A stretch of 52,319 bases of DNA from an uncultured Bacilli bacterium (GCA_944332725.1 CALVKO010000002.1:1-52319), one strand, 5' to 3'. Shown: positions 10,692-20,991, counted from the stretch's first letter. Program-made: numbers and translations. The notes: generated from the letters alone by a model not told the origin.

Positions 10692-10771
10692 CCTCCTACT
10701 AGTTATATACGACAAAAGCAGGATAAAATCCTGCTCATATATGAAAAAAATTGTAATTTCTTACAATTTTA
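10692..10771. repeat. ~80-bp intergenic module, copy A (ftsZ stop to comEA RBS)
   Basis: Aligns with 50724-50802. CCTCCTACTAGTTATATACGACAAAAG is identical in both copies, and TGTAATTTCTTACAATTTTA is identical at the other end. Contains the hairpin GCAGGAT-aaa-ATCCTGC. Confidence 0.8.
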
Positions 10772-11824
10772 AAATCCTCTATTTCTTAAGAATGATGGCA
10801 CATCAGCATCATCTGAATCATCAGTATCCTCATTTTTATTATAACTTTGAGTATTATATGAATGAAGCGCTGGTTTTTCATCTTCAAAACCGGTAGCAAT
10901 TACAGTAACAATCAATTCATCATTTAAATTTTCATTAATTACGGCCCCAAAAATTGTATTGATATCTGTATTAGCACTTTGTCTAATGACTTCTGCTGCT
11001 TCTTCTACTTCAAATAAAGTTAAATTAGCACCGCCAGTTACATTAATAATAGCATCTGTTGCTCCACTAATACTAGTTTCTAATAATGGACTTGATACGG
11101 CTTGTAAGGCTGCTTCAGTGGCTCTACCTTCGCCAACACCCATACCAATACCGATTAAAGCGTTACCTCTTTTTTCCATAACGGCTTTAACATCAGCAAA
11201 GTCCAAGTTAATTAATCCAGCAACAGCAATCAAATCACTGATTGATTGAACACCTCTTCTTAAAACATTATCAACTTCTTTAAATGAGTCTAATAAAGGC
11301 GTTGTTTTATCAATAATTTCTCTTAATCGATCATTAGGTATTACAATCAAAGTATCCACGTGTTTCTTTAATTCCTCTAAACCAGTTATGGCTTGTTGCA
11401 TTCTTTTTCTACCTTCAAAAGTAAATGGTTTTGTAACGATACCAACAGTTAGTGCTCCTAAACTTTGCGCAATATCAGCAATAACTGGAGCAGCACCGGT
11501 ACCAGTTCCACCACCCATGCCGCAAGTAACAAATACCATATCGGCGCCTTTTAAGGCTTCTTCAATATCGTTTTTACTTTCTAAAGCAGCTTCTTTACCA
11601 ATTTGGGGATTAGCACCAGCCCCTAACCCATTAGTTAAATCTGTACCAATTTGTATTTTAATCGGCGCCTTAGAATTTTTTAAAACTTGTAAATCAGTAT
11701 TAGCAACGATAAATTCGACACCTTTTACTCCTGATTCAATCATACGGTTGACAGCATTATTACCACCGCCACCAACTCCGATAACTTTTATATTAGCTAA
11801 TTGATCCATTTCTAATCCAAACAT
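10769..11824 (-). CDS. ftsZ: Cell division GTPase FtsZ
   Basis: [17 protein letters not shown] and the tubulin signature [24 protein letters not shown]. Confidence 0.97.
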   Translation of the reverse strand: MFGLEMDQLANIKVIGVGGGGNNAVNRMIESGVKGVEFIVANTDLQVLKNSKAPIKIQIGTDLTNGLGAGANPQIGKEAALESKNDIEEALKGADMVFVTCGMGGGTGTGAAPVIADIAQSLGALTVGIVTKPFTFEGRKRMQQAITGLEELKKHVDTLIVIPNDRLREIIDKTTPLLDSFKEVDNVLRRGVQSISDLIAVAGLINLDFADVKAVMEKRGNALIGIGMGVGEGRATEAALQAVSSPLLETSISGATDAIINVTGGANLTLFEVEEAAEVIRQSANTDINTIFGAVINENLNDELIVTVIATGFEDEKPALHSYNTQSYNKNEDTDDSDDADVPSFLRNRGF

Positions 11825-11836
11825 GTATATCCTCCC

Positions 11837-13072
11837 TTATTCGCCAAAGAAATATCCAAATACTTTACCTAACATCGAATCATTTGTGTTCTTTCTAGGT
11901 GTTGATAAAACTTCCATTTCATCATTACTTATCATTGAATAATCTTTTCCTTTTAGTTTAAGTTTATTTACAAAATAAATTATGTTACCAATTGCAGAAG
12001 AAAACTTATTGTTTCTTAAACCAATTAGATTAACACTTCCTATTATAGCACATTTTCCTAATTTTTCTCTACAAATTTGTTGAAAATTAATCATATTTGT
12101 AATTCCGCCAGTTATAAAGATAAAATTTGGTTTATGTGAAGTTAATGTATTTAATTCTTGATTAACTAAAGACAGAATTTCATCAAGTCGAGAAATTACT
12201 ATTTCACTTAATTCATATTGATTAATTTTAATAATTTCGCCATCTTTATTCTTAGCCTCTTTAAATTCATTTAAAGACGAACTACTCTTTTGAGTAAGCG
12301 CAAATTTTTCTTTTAATTCTCTTGAAGTTTCCATATTAACTTTATACATATAAGCAATATCGTGATCAACACTTTTACTTCCCATATTAACAATACCATG
12401 TTTTACAATTATACCTTTATTATATAAAGATACTTCTGTTTTTTCTGACCCAATATTTACAACTGCACTTATTGTATTAACAACATTATCATCCATAAAT
12501 GTATTGATATCTCCAATTGCCCCAAAAGATATATCGATAACTTCAATACCTAAAGCGTTCAATAAATTAACAACCGAATATATATTTTTTCTAGGCGCAG
12601 TAGCAAGTATTCCTCTTGTTTTTAAAACTGTACTAACCTTACCTAAAGGTTCAGTTGTAACTTCATTATCTAATCCAAAATCTATAGGAATTATTGTTAC
12701 CATTTCTTTGGTATCATCAAGATGATTTTTCATAGCTGTCTGTAACACTTTAACAATATCTTCTCCAGTTATTTTTTCACCTTTAATATCTATTTCACCT
12801 TTTATCATCGTAAATTCTGCAAAGTAACTAGGAATTATCGCAATAACTTTTTTTATTTTAAAACCAAGCATCGATTCAATTTGTTCAAAGCCTTTTTTAA
12901 CACAGTTTTTAGCCTCATTAACATCGGTAATCAATCCCTTTTTAATTCCTTTAGATTTGATAGTAGCTGTCGCTAAAAGATTATATCGTTCGTGATATAA
13001 TTCACATACAACTATTTTAATACTATCAGAACCAATATCTATGCAAGAATAAATATGTCGCAATATACTCAC
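11837..13072 (-). CDS. ftsA: Cell division protein FtsA
   Basis: Actin-like ATPase (CIDIGSDSIKIVV, ITGGITNM) located upstream of ftsZ. The start is GTG at 13072 or TTG at 13063. Confidence 0.9.
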   Translation of the reverse strand: MSILRHIYSCIDIGSDSIKIVVCELYHERYNLLATATIKSKGIKKGLITDVNEAKNCVKKGFEQIESMLGFKIKKVIAIIPSYFAEFTMIKGEIDIKGEKITGEDIVKVLQTAMKNHLDDTKEMVTIIPIDFGLDNEVTTEPLGKVSTVLKTRGILATAPRKNIYSVVNLLNALGIEVIDISFGAIGDINTFMDDNVVNTISAVVNIGSEKTEVSLYNKGIIVKHGIVNMGSKSVDHDIAYMYKVNMETSRELKEKFALTQKSSSSLNEFKEAKNKDGEIIKINQYELSEIVISRLDEILSLVNQELNTLTSHKPNFIFITGGITNMINFQQICREKLGKCAIIGSVNLIGLRNNKFSSAIGNIIYFVNKLKLKGKDYSMISNDEMEVLSTPRKNTNDSMLGKVFGYFFGE

Positions 13073-13121
13073 CTACTATCTATTAAACATTATACAATAT
13101 TTTTTTATAAAAGAAAAGATA

Positions 13122-13793
13122 TTATTCAATAATTTCAAAATTATTTCCATAGTCTAAATACAAAATACCATTTTTATCTGGTAAACTTTCTAAAATAGTA
13201 ATATATTTATTTAATTTATTAAAAGTAGAAATATTAACATAAACATAATTGCCATCATTCATCGTAAGAAAAAATCTATTATCATCAACTTCATTAGGAT
13301 AAAATTTAATTTCTGAAATTCTGCTTAAAATTTGCTTGTCCAATTTACTCATTTCCGTAACAAAGTCATCATAACATGAATCGGTTATATAATTTATTAC
13401 GGTTGGAACGCTGTATTTATCAGACACTGTTTGTCCATCTAAAAGAACAGTTTTACTATTATATTCGTAATAGAATAATGGACGATTTTCTTCTACTTCA
13501 ATATAAACTTTCGTAAAACCTTTTTTTACTACTTTTGAATCTTTAATCAATATATCATTTTTTAGTCTTTCAATAATCTGAAAACTCAAATTTTGTAATG
13601 TACTAGGATAATCACTAATACCAGCAATTTCAATTATTTGTTGCTCAGTTAAATATTCATTACCAGATACATATATATTTGATATTTTAATATTTAAAAT
13701 ATAAGTAAAACATAGCACAATAAAAACTATAATTCCTAAAAAAATTATAATTCTATCATACCTAATTTTTCTTTTTTTTGTTTTACTTTTCAT
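13122..13793 (-). CDS. divIB: Cell division protein DivIB/FtsQ
   Basis: Single N-terminal TM helix, a POTRA-like segment ISNIYVSGNEYLTEQQIIEIAGI, and a position between murB and ftsA. Confidence 0.7.
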   Translation of the reverse strand: MKSKTKKRKIRYDRIIIFLGIIVFIVLCFTYILNIKISNIYVSGNEYLTEQQIIEIAGISDYPSTLQNLSFQIIERLKNDILIKDSKVVKKGFTKVYIEVEENRPLFYYEYNSKTVLLDGQTVSDKYSVPTVINYITDSCYDDFVTEMSKLDKQILSRISEIKFYPNEVDDNRFFLTMNDGNYVYVNISTFNKLNKYITILESLPDKNGILYLDYGNNFEIIE

Positions 13794-13802
13794 AAAATAC
13801 CT

Positions 13803-14693
13803 CTAATCTACAAATTCTTGTTCTACTATTAATTCAATTCCATATTTTTCTTTTACTTTTTCTTTAATTTCATTAATTAAATTTCTAATATCACTAGCAG
13901 TAGCATGATCTTTATTTATTATAAAATTAGCATGTTTTTCTGATACATATGCTCCACCTATATTTTTTCCTTTATATCCTAGTTCTTCAATTAATCTACC
14001 AGCGTAATCATTTTCTGGATTTCTAAATACACTACCTGCTGAAGGATATTCTAAAGGCTGTGTCAATAATCTCCTTTGTTTTCTATCAGCTATTACTTCC
14101 ATTATATTATTAGCATCACCATGTTTTAAAACCAATTTTGCTTCTAAGCATATATAATCTCTATTTTTTTGTAAAAAACTAGAACGATAATGAAAATCTA
14201 AATCCTTGTTATATAAAGTTTTAATTGTCATTTCAGGAGTTAATACCTTTACTTCACTTACAATATAACTCATATCCATTTTATAGGCTCCAGCATTCAT
14301 AAATACTGCTCCACCTATAGTTCCTGGAATACCAGAAGCAAATTCTAAACCAGATAATCCCATTCTAGCCGTTTTTAAACTTAATTTTACTAAATTATAT
14401 CCAGAACCAACAGTAACAACTGTATCATTTATTTCTAAATTATTAAATTCACTTAATTTAATTAATACTCCTTCATATTTTTCATCACTAAAAATTAAAT
14501 TAGAACCATTACCTAATATTTTAAATTTTATCTTATTTTCTTTTAAATAATTTAATAATTTAATTAAATCTTCAATGTCATTAGGATAAACAATGGCTAA
14601 AGCATTGCCACCAACTTTATATGTTGTATAATCACTCATTTTAGGATTGACTATAACCTTACCAACTTTTAACTTTTTTAATTTTTCAATCAT
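13803..14693 (-). CDS. murB: UDP-N-acetylenolpyruvoylglucosamine reductase
   Basis: FAD-binding N-terminus YTTYKVGGNA...GNGSNL and C-terminal PSAGSVFRNP. Confidence 0.9.
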   Translation of the reverse strand: MIEKLKKLKVGKVIVNPKMSDYTTYKVGGNALAIVYPNDIEDLIKLLNYLKENKIKFKILGNGSNLIFSDEKYEGVLIKLSEFNNLEINDTVVTVGSGYNLVKLSLKTARMGLSGLEFASGIPGTIGGAVFMNAGAYKMDMSYIVSEVKVLTPEMTIKTLYNKDLDFHYRSSFLQKNRDYICLEAKLVLKHGDANNIMEVIADRKQRRLLTQPLEYPSAGSVFRNPENDYAGRLIEELGYKGKNIGGAYVSEKHANFIINKDHATASDIRNLINEIKEKVKEKYGIELIVEQEFVD

Positions 14694-14697
14694 CTTT

Positions 14698-15777
14698 TTA
14701 CTTCCTATCTATTAATTTTTTTAAATTATCATAAATTATAGTTGCGCTATTATTAACTTGCATTTTGCTTAAATTATTTTTAATAGTATTTATTTTATCT
14801 TTGTCATTTAACAATTCATCAATAGCTCGAACTAATATATCTCCCTTTAAATTCTTTTCTTCAATCATAATACCAGCATTTTGATTTACCAAATCTATAG
14901 CATTTTTGTATTGATGATTGTTTGGAACATAAGGACTTGGAATTATAATACTTGGAAGCTTTAAAGCAATAATCTCACTTAAAGTACTAGCCCCTGCCCT
15001 AGTAACAATTATATCAGTTTTCTTCATTACTCTTGTAATTTTTTCAATATATGGTACAACTTTAACATTTTTAGGAAAATTAATTTGCTTTATTTTATCA
15101 TAATCATTTTTACCAGTTACATATAAAATTTCATAATTTTTATTATTAAATAAAGACATTGTTTTAATTAAAAAATCATTTACTTTACTAGCACCTAATG
15201 AGCCCATAACAAATAAAATTAAAGGTTTATCAGATAAATTAAATTCTTTTTTATCACATTCTTTAACATTTATTGCATCTTCACTACAAGGGTTACCAGT
15301 TAAAATAACTTTATTCTTAGGAAAATAGTTTTTACTTGAATTAAATGATACTCCAATTAAATCAACAAAATTACTTAAATAAGTATTGGCCTTACCGGGT
15401 ACTGAATTTTGCTCGTGAATGAATGTTTTATAACCTAATTTTTTAGCTGTTTTAATAACTGGTACTGTAACATATCCTCCAACACCAATTACAATATCCG
15501 GATTAAAATCTTTAATTAATTTTTTACATTTTTTATTGGCTTTTAATAAACAATCGATCGTTTTAAAATTTTTAAATAAATTTTTTCTATTAAATCCATA
15601 TATTTCAATTTGTTCAAAAGGAATATTATACTTAGGAACAATATCTTTTTCCATTCTATCATGAGTTCCAATATATAAAAATTCACTATTTGGTTCTTTC
15701 TCTTTTATTTTATTAATAATGGCTAAAGCAGGATAAATATGACCCCCAGTTCCTCCTGCACTTATAACTACTCTCAT
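14698..15777 (-). CDS. murG: Lipid II-forming GlcNAc transferase MurG
   Basis: GGTGGHIYPALAI motif and GT28 architecture. Start taken at MRVV, which follows AAGGA. Confidence 0.9.
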   Translation of the reverse strand: MRVVISAGGTGGHIYPALAIINKIKEKEPNSEFLYIGTHDRMEKDIVPKYNIPFEQIEIYGFNRKNLFKNFKTIDCLLKANKKCKKLIKDFNPDIVIGVGGYVTVPVIKTAKKLGYKTFIHEQNSVPGKANTYLSNFVDLIGVSFNSSKNYFPKNKVILTGNPCSEDAINVKECDKKEFNLSDKPLILFVMGSLGASKVNDFLIKTMSLFNNKNYEILYVTGKNDYDKIKQINFPKNVKVVPYIEKITRVMKKTDIIVTRAGASTLSEIIALKLPSIIIPSPYVPNNHQYKNAIDLVNQNAGIMIEEKNLKGDILVRAIDELLNDKDKINTIKNNLSKMQVNNSATIIYDNLKKLIDRK

Positions 15778-15855
15778 AAACCACATCCTTATTGTTAATT
15801 ATACCATAATTATATGATTTTTTAAATAATTAAATGAAACATTATAAGACTTAAT

Positions 15856-15884
15856 TTGACAAATACCAAAATATTATCTATAAT
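15856..15884 (+). promoter_or_regulatory. Consensus sigma-A promoter for mraZ
   Basis: TTGACA (15856-15861), 17-nt spacer, TATAAT (15879-15884). Confidence 0.7.
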
Positions 15885-15910
15885 ACTTCACTATTAAAGG
15901 GGGAATTAAT

Positions 15911-16306
15911 ATGTTTGGGGAAATACCTATTTTTGGTAATAGTGAAAATAAAATTGATAATAAAGGAAGACTATTCGTACCTAAATTTACTGGCGTCGAA
16001 GAAAATGATCAATTGATTATTCAAAAAGGCCATGGCAATTATTATGTTATTATTAATTATAAAGAAATTGAAGATAAATTAAGACAATTAAAAAGTAATA
16101 ATCAAGAAAGAAAAATAGAAATTTTAACTAGTTCTATTGTATCTTTAGTAAAAGTAGATAAACAATGTAGAATTATTTTTCATCCTTATGAATCATTTGC
16201 TGTTAATAGAAAAGTTTTTATTCACGGAAATTATGACTCTATTCAAGTGTTTCCTTCAGAAAAAGATTACATAAATCATATTCAAGAATTAGAAAAGAAC
16301 CGTTAA
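15911..16306 (+). CDS. mraZ: Transcriptional regulator MraZ (two SpoVT/AbrB-like repeats)
   Basis: Duplicated D-x-x-G/C-R motif (IDNKGRLFVP and VDKQCRIIFHP) and a length of 131 aa. Confidence 0.75.
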   Translation: MFGEIPIFGNSENKIDNKGRLFVPKFTGVEENDQLIIQKGHGNYYVIINYKEIEDKLRQLKSNNQERKIEILTSSIVSLVKVDKQCRIIFHPYESFAVNRKVFIHGNYDSIQVFPSEKDYINHIQELEKNR

Positions 16307-16318
16307 TTGGTTCTTTTT
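16293..16318. terminator. Bidirectional terminator between mraZ and the permease gene
   Basis: AAAAGAACC-gttaatt-GGTTCTTTT. Overlaps both stop codons. Confidence 0.7.
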
Positions 16319-18593
16319 AGTATATTTTTATGACATCTGCTATATTATCTTTTTTTATTTTATGAGTAGCAATTAAGAATGATAAATAAACAATTACTAT
16401 TACACCTACGATACAAATTAATAATGGCGTTAAATAAATATTTAATGGTATTTTTAATAAATTTTCAAAAGTATCATTATTAATCATCGTTATTTTAATA
16501 AATATACTTACAATTAATATAAATAATAAAATACCAAATAATAAAGATTTTAAACTCAACATTAGACTTTCATAAAAAATCATTTTATTAAATTGTTTAT
16601 TAGATAAACCTATACTTTTTAAAATAGCAAATTCTTTTCTTCTTAAATTTAAACTTGCACTTATTGTACCAATAATACTAAAAATTGTTATGAATGTAAT
16701 AAAACCTAAAGCAAGATAAATAACTAATTTCACACAATTAATTAAAACAATACTATTATGATTTATAACATAAGTATTAGTGTAATAAATACTATCACTT
16801 TCAATAATTGGTGTAATTTCTTGATCTAATTTTAAATAATCATTTGTTCTTATATAAATATTAATCGTGTTATCTATATTTTCATCATATTTACCAATTA
16901 TTGTTGGCATACTAAAACTTTTAAAAATATCACTATATTCTGTAGTTAAGAAACTAATATCATTAATTGTATTTAAAATAAGAGACTCTTTTATTTCATC
17001 AGTTTCATAATCTAATAAATCTAAAGTAACAACTTCATCATCAAATACTGATTGTCCGTGAAATAACGTATTTACTAATAAATTATCAGTTTTATAATGA
17101 TTAATTATTTTATTGTAATTATCTTCATCAACATAAAAGTAAATAAGATAATTACTGATAAGATTATTAAAATTATTTTTTGTTTCAAATTTATAAATAC
17201 TATCGGTATAATAAACGATTTCAGAAACTGAATCTAAATTTTTAATACTATTTATTATTTCTTCTTTAGTGTTATTCTTTAAATCACTTGGTCTAAAATT
17301 AACCCTAATAAATTCATCATATTTATTTTTATCGACATCATATAATAATATCGATAACAAAGTAGTGGCCACTAAAAATAAAATAATTCCTATTACAACC
17401 GATATAGTCGTTATCCGATATTTAGCCCTATCTCGTGTCACATTATTAGCCGATATTAAACACTCAATTCCTAATAATTTTTTAATTAATTTATTTGATT
17501 TACGATATTTAAACTTTTTAGTTTGTTTAACTTCATCGATAATATTTATTTTACTTGCTATTCTAGCCACTGAAAAAGTCGCAAATAAAGTACTTAATAA
17601 AATAAATATTAAAGAAATAAATATAAATAATGGATATATTTCTAATGTGAAAACATTGGATATAATACCTTCTAATAAATTATTTATGATAAATAAAATT
17701 AATGATACAAAACCTAAACTTAATAAAAATCCTAATGGTATAGCTATAATTAAAACAATTAATGATTCTAGAAATACTGCATATAATATTTGTTTAGGAG
17801 TAGCTCCAATACTTTTATACATTGCATATTTCTTTTTCTTTTCATTAACTGATATTGAAAATGCATTATAAATTATAAAGAAAATTATAAAGGCTAATAT
17901 TAAACAAATAAACATCGTTAATAACATATACACTTGATTTTCTGGTGAATCATCTGATTTATCTAGATAATTTATCAATGCTTCATTTTTATGCAGTGAA
18001 GCAATTTCAAATTTACTAACTAACAAATCCAAATCTAAATTCATATCATTATAAGAATTTAAATAGATAAAAAACATCGCATAATTATCATTTTCCGTAT
18101 CTTTAGTTAAAATAATATTATCTAAAGTAAAATTTAAAAAACTTTTTTGATATATTCCTACTACTTTATAATCCTTATCATTTAAGTTTAAATTTGACCC
18201 TATTTTTAGTTTTAAACTATCAGCATACATCGAATCAATAAGTACTTCGGTATTATTAGTAGGCATACTACCTTCTATTTTCATATCAAAATTATCACTA
18301 ATACCATATAAATTATCTTCTATTTGATATATATAATAATATTTTTTAACTATATCATTTTCTAAATTACTTTTTTCACTTACTTTACCATGATCTATAA
18401 TTGCGTGAAAATCACCAAAATCATCAATTATACTATTAATTTGATTTTGTCTTACAGTCGAAAAAGCCAAGCCAACAGTAAAAAGTAAGATACAAGATAA
18501 TAAAACACTTACAAAACATAATATAAATATTTTCTTATCTTTTACTAATTCCTTTAATGTTAACTTGGTCATTATTTTCATATCATTCACCAT
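16317..18593 (-). CDS. ABC transporter permease, FtsX/MacB type with two FtsX modules
   Basis: Two 4-TM modules, each preceded by a large extracytoplasmic domain. FtsX-type loops KKKYAMYKSIGATPKQI and RRKEFAILKSIGLSNKQF. No ATPase gene is adjacent. Confidence 0.8.
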   Translation of the reverse strand: MVNDMKIMTKLTLKELVKDKKIFILCFVSVLLSCILLFTVGLAFSTVRQNQINSIIDDFGDFHAIIDHGKVSEKSNLENDIVKKYYYIYQIEDNLYGISDNFDMKIEGSMPTNNTEVLIDSMYADSLKLKIGSNLNLNDKDYKVVGIYQKSFLNFTLDNIILTKDTENDNYAMFFIYLNSYNDMNLDLDLLVSKFEIASLHKNEALINYLDKSDDSPENQVYMLLTMFICLILAFIIFFIIYNAFSISVNEKKKKYAMYKSIGATPKQILYAVFLESLIVLIIAIPLGFLLSLGFVSLILFIINNLLEGIISNVFTLEIYPLFIFISLIFILLSTLFATFSVARIASKINIIDEVKQTKKFKYRKSNKLIKKLLGIECLISANNVTRDRAKYRITTISVVIGIILFLVATTLLSILLYDVDKNKYDEFIRVNFRPSDLKNNTKEEIINSIKNLDSVSEIVYYTDSIYKFETKNNFNNLISNYLIYFYVDEDNYNKIINHYKTDNLLVNTLFHGQSVFDDEVVTLDLLDYETDEIKESLILNTINDISFLTTEYSDIFKSFSMPTIIGKYDENIDNTINIYIRTNDYLKLDQEITPIIESDSIYYTNTYVINHNSIVLINCVKLVIYLALGFITFITIFSIIGTISASLNLRRKEFAILKSIGLSNKQFNKMIFYESLMLSLKSLLFGILLFILIVSIFIKITMINNDTFENLLKIPLNIYLTPLLICIVGVIVIVYLSFLIATHKIKKDNIADVIKIY

Positions 18594-18628
18594 ATTAATT
18601 ATATAATATTTATTTTAATTTGACAATA

Positions 18629-20569
18629 TTAATATATATCAGTTAAATATTTCATTATTTTTTTATATTCGCTTGAATCATTTTCACTACTAATTAAATC
18701 TAAACATTTATTATATTCTTTCAAATACTTCTTACTAATATTTGAAGGTCTATCATCTTGTATTCTTGCTTTTAATTCTTTTAAACTTTCTATTTCTGAC
18801 TTTGATTTATCTACTGAAATAGTTCCAGCACTGCTAATAACCATGTCATATTCTTGTGAGTCAACTATATATCTTTCGACGCTAAATTTTAATTCATATA
18901 ACTGTTTTAATATCATAACTTCAAGAATTAAATTTTCACTTGTTAAACCTATTTCACTGCTAAGATTTTTAACTATTTCACTTGTATTTCTATTACTTAA
19001 AATACCATTCCAATAACACAATATAAAAATTATTTTATTACTTACGATTTCTTTAATTGTAGAATCTAAAATATTGTTTCCTAACAATTGATTTATTTCT
19101 TTTATTAATTCAATTATAGAGCCCTTTTCAGCTATTTCTTTACCATTTATAACTTTAGCACCATTAAAAAGCTGATTATATATTTTTTTATTTTTTGAAT
19201 TAAATGGAACTATTTTATTTAATCTTTCTAAAATTGAATGTAATTCTTTACGAAAATTTAATTCAATTTCATCTGATGATAGACCATCAAACTCATTTTC
19301 TTTTAATTTCAAAATATTTTCCTTTAATATGTCTATATAGCTTTCTTTTAATTTTTGATATTCACTATTTAATTCATCTTTTGATTTACCTATTAATTCT
19401 GAAAAAATATCTTCTAATTCTCTTAATTCTTTTGATAAAGATATTCCATTTTCATGTTCTTCTAATGCTTTTAATAAATTTAAATATGGTTTTAATTTAT
19501 CATTTAAACCTATTACTTCATTATATATATTATTTAATTCTTCTTTAAAATAAGTTTCAATATCATATTTTTTTAATGTTAAATTAATTACATATTCGTC
19601 ATCTAAATTTTCTAATATACTTTTTTTTATTTTTTCAAATAATTCACTTAATTTATCTATATATTTAGTTTCACCTATTGATTTTGACAAATTAATTATA
19701 TCTTTTATTTTTAAAAATGTTTCATCATTTTCAATGTTTATTTCTTTACCTAATAAAAATTGTTGGTATTGATTAATTTTCTCACTTAAATTTATTATTT
19801 TGCCTTTAGTATTTAAATTTTGAATAATCATTTCTAAAGAAAATATCAAATTATTTCTTAATGCTTTAGGAGAAGTATCTTCAATTGTTAAACTTGAATT
19901 ATTATCCATATTAAATTGTGGTTTAGATTTTTCTAATTTTGTTTGATATTCATTTATTAAAGATTCAATTTTATCTATAATTACTTGTTTAGATTTATTA
20001 TCCAATAATTCAATCATACTATATATTTTTGATAATAATTCATTTACTTCATTATCTATATTTTCTGTATTTGTTTCATGATTTATAAATTCATCTAAGT
20101 TGATATTTTGTAAAACATTAATGTTAATTTTCGAATATTTGGATGAAATATATTTTATTTTTAATTTTTCAATTAAATTTAATTTATCATTTACAATATT
20201 AATTTCTTTAATACCTAAAAAATGATCAAATTTATACTGTCCACTAGTAACTCGTTTAAACAAGATGAATAAAAATTTATAATCACAATCAATTATTGTT
20301 ATTTTTTTTATATTTCCGCCAAAACAAAAACTACAAAATTCAGCTCCATTATTATAAAATATTACCTCTGTTAACGGATTCAAATGAAAAGCACCTGCAT
20401 CTATTTTTTTTATACTTTTAGGAAGATATAACTTTTTTATATTATTTCTTCTAAATGCACCTCGGCCAATATAAAGTATTCCTTCTTCTAAAATTAAATT
20501 TTCTATATCTTGCCCATCATATTTATAATCACTAATTGCATTCTCCTTTACAACTAAAGTCTTTCCCAT
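18629..20569 (-). CDS. Hypothetical protein: N-terminal BspA-type leucine-rich repeats plus a long helical/coiled-coil region
   Basis: LRR-like LILEEGILYIGRGAFRRNNIKKLYLPKSIKKIDAGAFHLNPLTEVIF, followed by about 480 aa of K/E/L/N-rich helical sequence. No signal peptide. Start taken at MGKTLVV, which follows AGGGTGA. Confidence 0.55.
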   Translation of the reverse strand: MGKTLVVKENAISDYKYDGQDIENLILEEGILYIGRGAFRRNNIKKLYLPKSIKKIDAGAFHLNPLTEVIFYNNGAEFCSFCFGGNIKKITIIDCDYKFLFILFKRVTSGQYKFDHFLGIKEINIVNDKLNLIEKLKIKYISSKYSKININVLQNINLDEFINHETNTENIDNEVNELLSKIYSMIELLDNKSKQVIIDKIESLINEYQTKLEKSKPQFNMDNNSSLTIEDTSPKALRNNLIFSLEMIIQNLNTKGKIINLSEKINQYQQFLLGKEINIENDETFLKIKDIINLSKSIGETKYIDKLSELFEKIKKSILENLDDEYVINLTLKKYDIETYFKEELNNIYNEVIGLNDKLKPYLNLLKALEEHENGISLSKELRELEDIFSELIGKSKDELNSEYQKLKESYIDILKENILKLKENEFDGLSSDEIELNFRKELHSILERLNKIVPFNSKNKKIYNQLFNGAKVINGKEIAEKGSIIELIKEINQLLGNNILDSTIKEIVSNKIIFILCYWNGILSNRNTSEIVKNLSSEIGLTSENLILEVMILKQLYELKFSVERYIVDSQEYDMVISSAGTISVDKSKSEIESLKELKARIQDDRPSNISKKYLKEYNKCLDLISSENDSSEYKKIMKYLTDIY

Positions 20570-20713
20570 AAATATCACCCTTTTTTGATTGGAGTATTAT
20601 ATCACAAATAATACTTTACAGCAAGTTCTTCACAAATATAATCGTTTATAACTTGATTAATACTTATTATCACAGAATAATCAAACAAAATCAATCACAG
20701 TTGAATAAATTAC

Positions 20714-20742
20714 TTGTAAATTATAAATAAATATGCTATAAT
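20714..20742 (+). promoter_or_regulatory. Promoter of the candidate antitoxin sRNA
   Basis: TTGTAA (20714-20719), 17-nt spacer, TATAAT (20737-20742), with a TGc extended -10. Confidence 0.55.
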
Positions 20743-20748
20743 GTATAT

Positions 20749-20862
20749 AGATGAGAAATTCTCATATAATAAAAAGGAATACCTAATGCGCTTTTTTAGG
20801 TACTATCCCTTGTATTTATTTTGGATTAAGTACCGACTTATACAGTTGGTACTATTTTTATT
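20749..20862 (+). ncRNA. Candidate cis-antisense sRNA (type I antitoxin-like), about 115 nt
   Basis: No ORF. Hairpins ATGAGA/TCTCAT and TACCTAA/TTAGGTA, and a terminal stem AGTACCGAC/GTTGGTACT followed by ATTTTTATT. Ends over the stop codon of the convergent 30-aa ORF. Confidence 0.45.
20765..20809 (-). terminator. Putative terminator of the toxin mRNA
   Basis: Minus-strand hairpin GGGATAGTACCT...AGGTATTCC followed by TTTTTATTAT. Confidence 0.4.
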
Positions 20863-20930
20863 AGCATAATTAAAATTATGACAATAAGGAGAATAATGAT
20901 TAGAAAAAGACATTTTTCTGCTTGTTTCAT
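20838..20930 (-). CDS. 30-aa hydrophobic peptide, candidate type I toxin
   Basis: GGAGG sits 8 nt before the ATG. Product MKQAEKCLFLIIILLIVIILIMLIKIVPTV has a single TM helix. Too short to appear in the ORF track. Confidence 0.5.
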   Translation of the reverse strand: MKQAEKCLFLIIILLIVIILIMLIKIVPTV

Positions 20931-20991
20931 TATATCAACCTCCTTTCACATTAAGAGAAAGGAATAGTACCTCATTAAGTATTCCAAAATA

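Noticed and set aside
20896-20967. Plus-strand 23-aa ORF (MIRKRHFSACFIISTSFHIKRKE) with an AAGGAG-like RBS inside the toxin-antitoxin-like locus.
   Set aside because: It lies downstream of the plus-strand terminator, has a short RBS spacing, and is simply antisense to the start and RBS region of the hydrophobic peptide gene. The peptide gene has the better promoter, RBS and terminator set.
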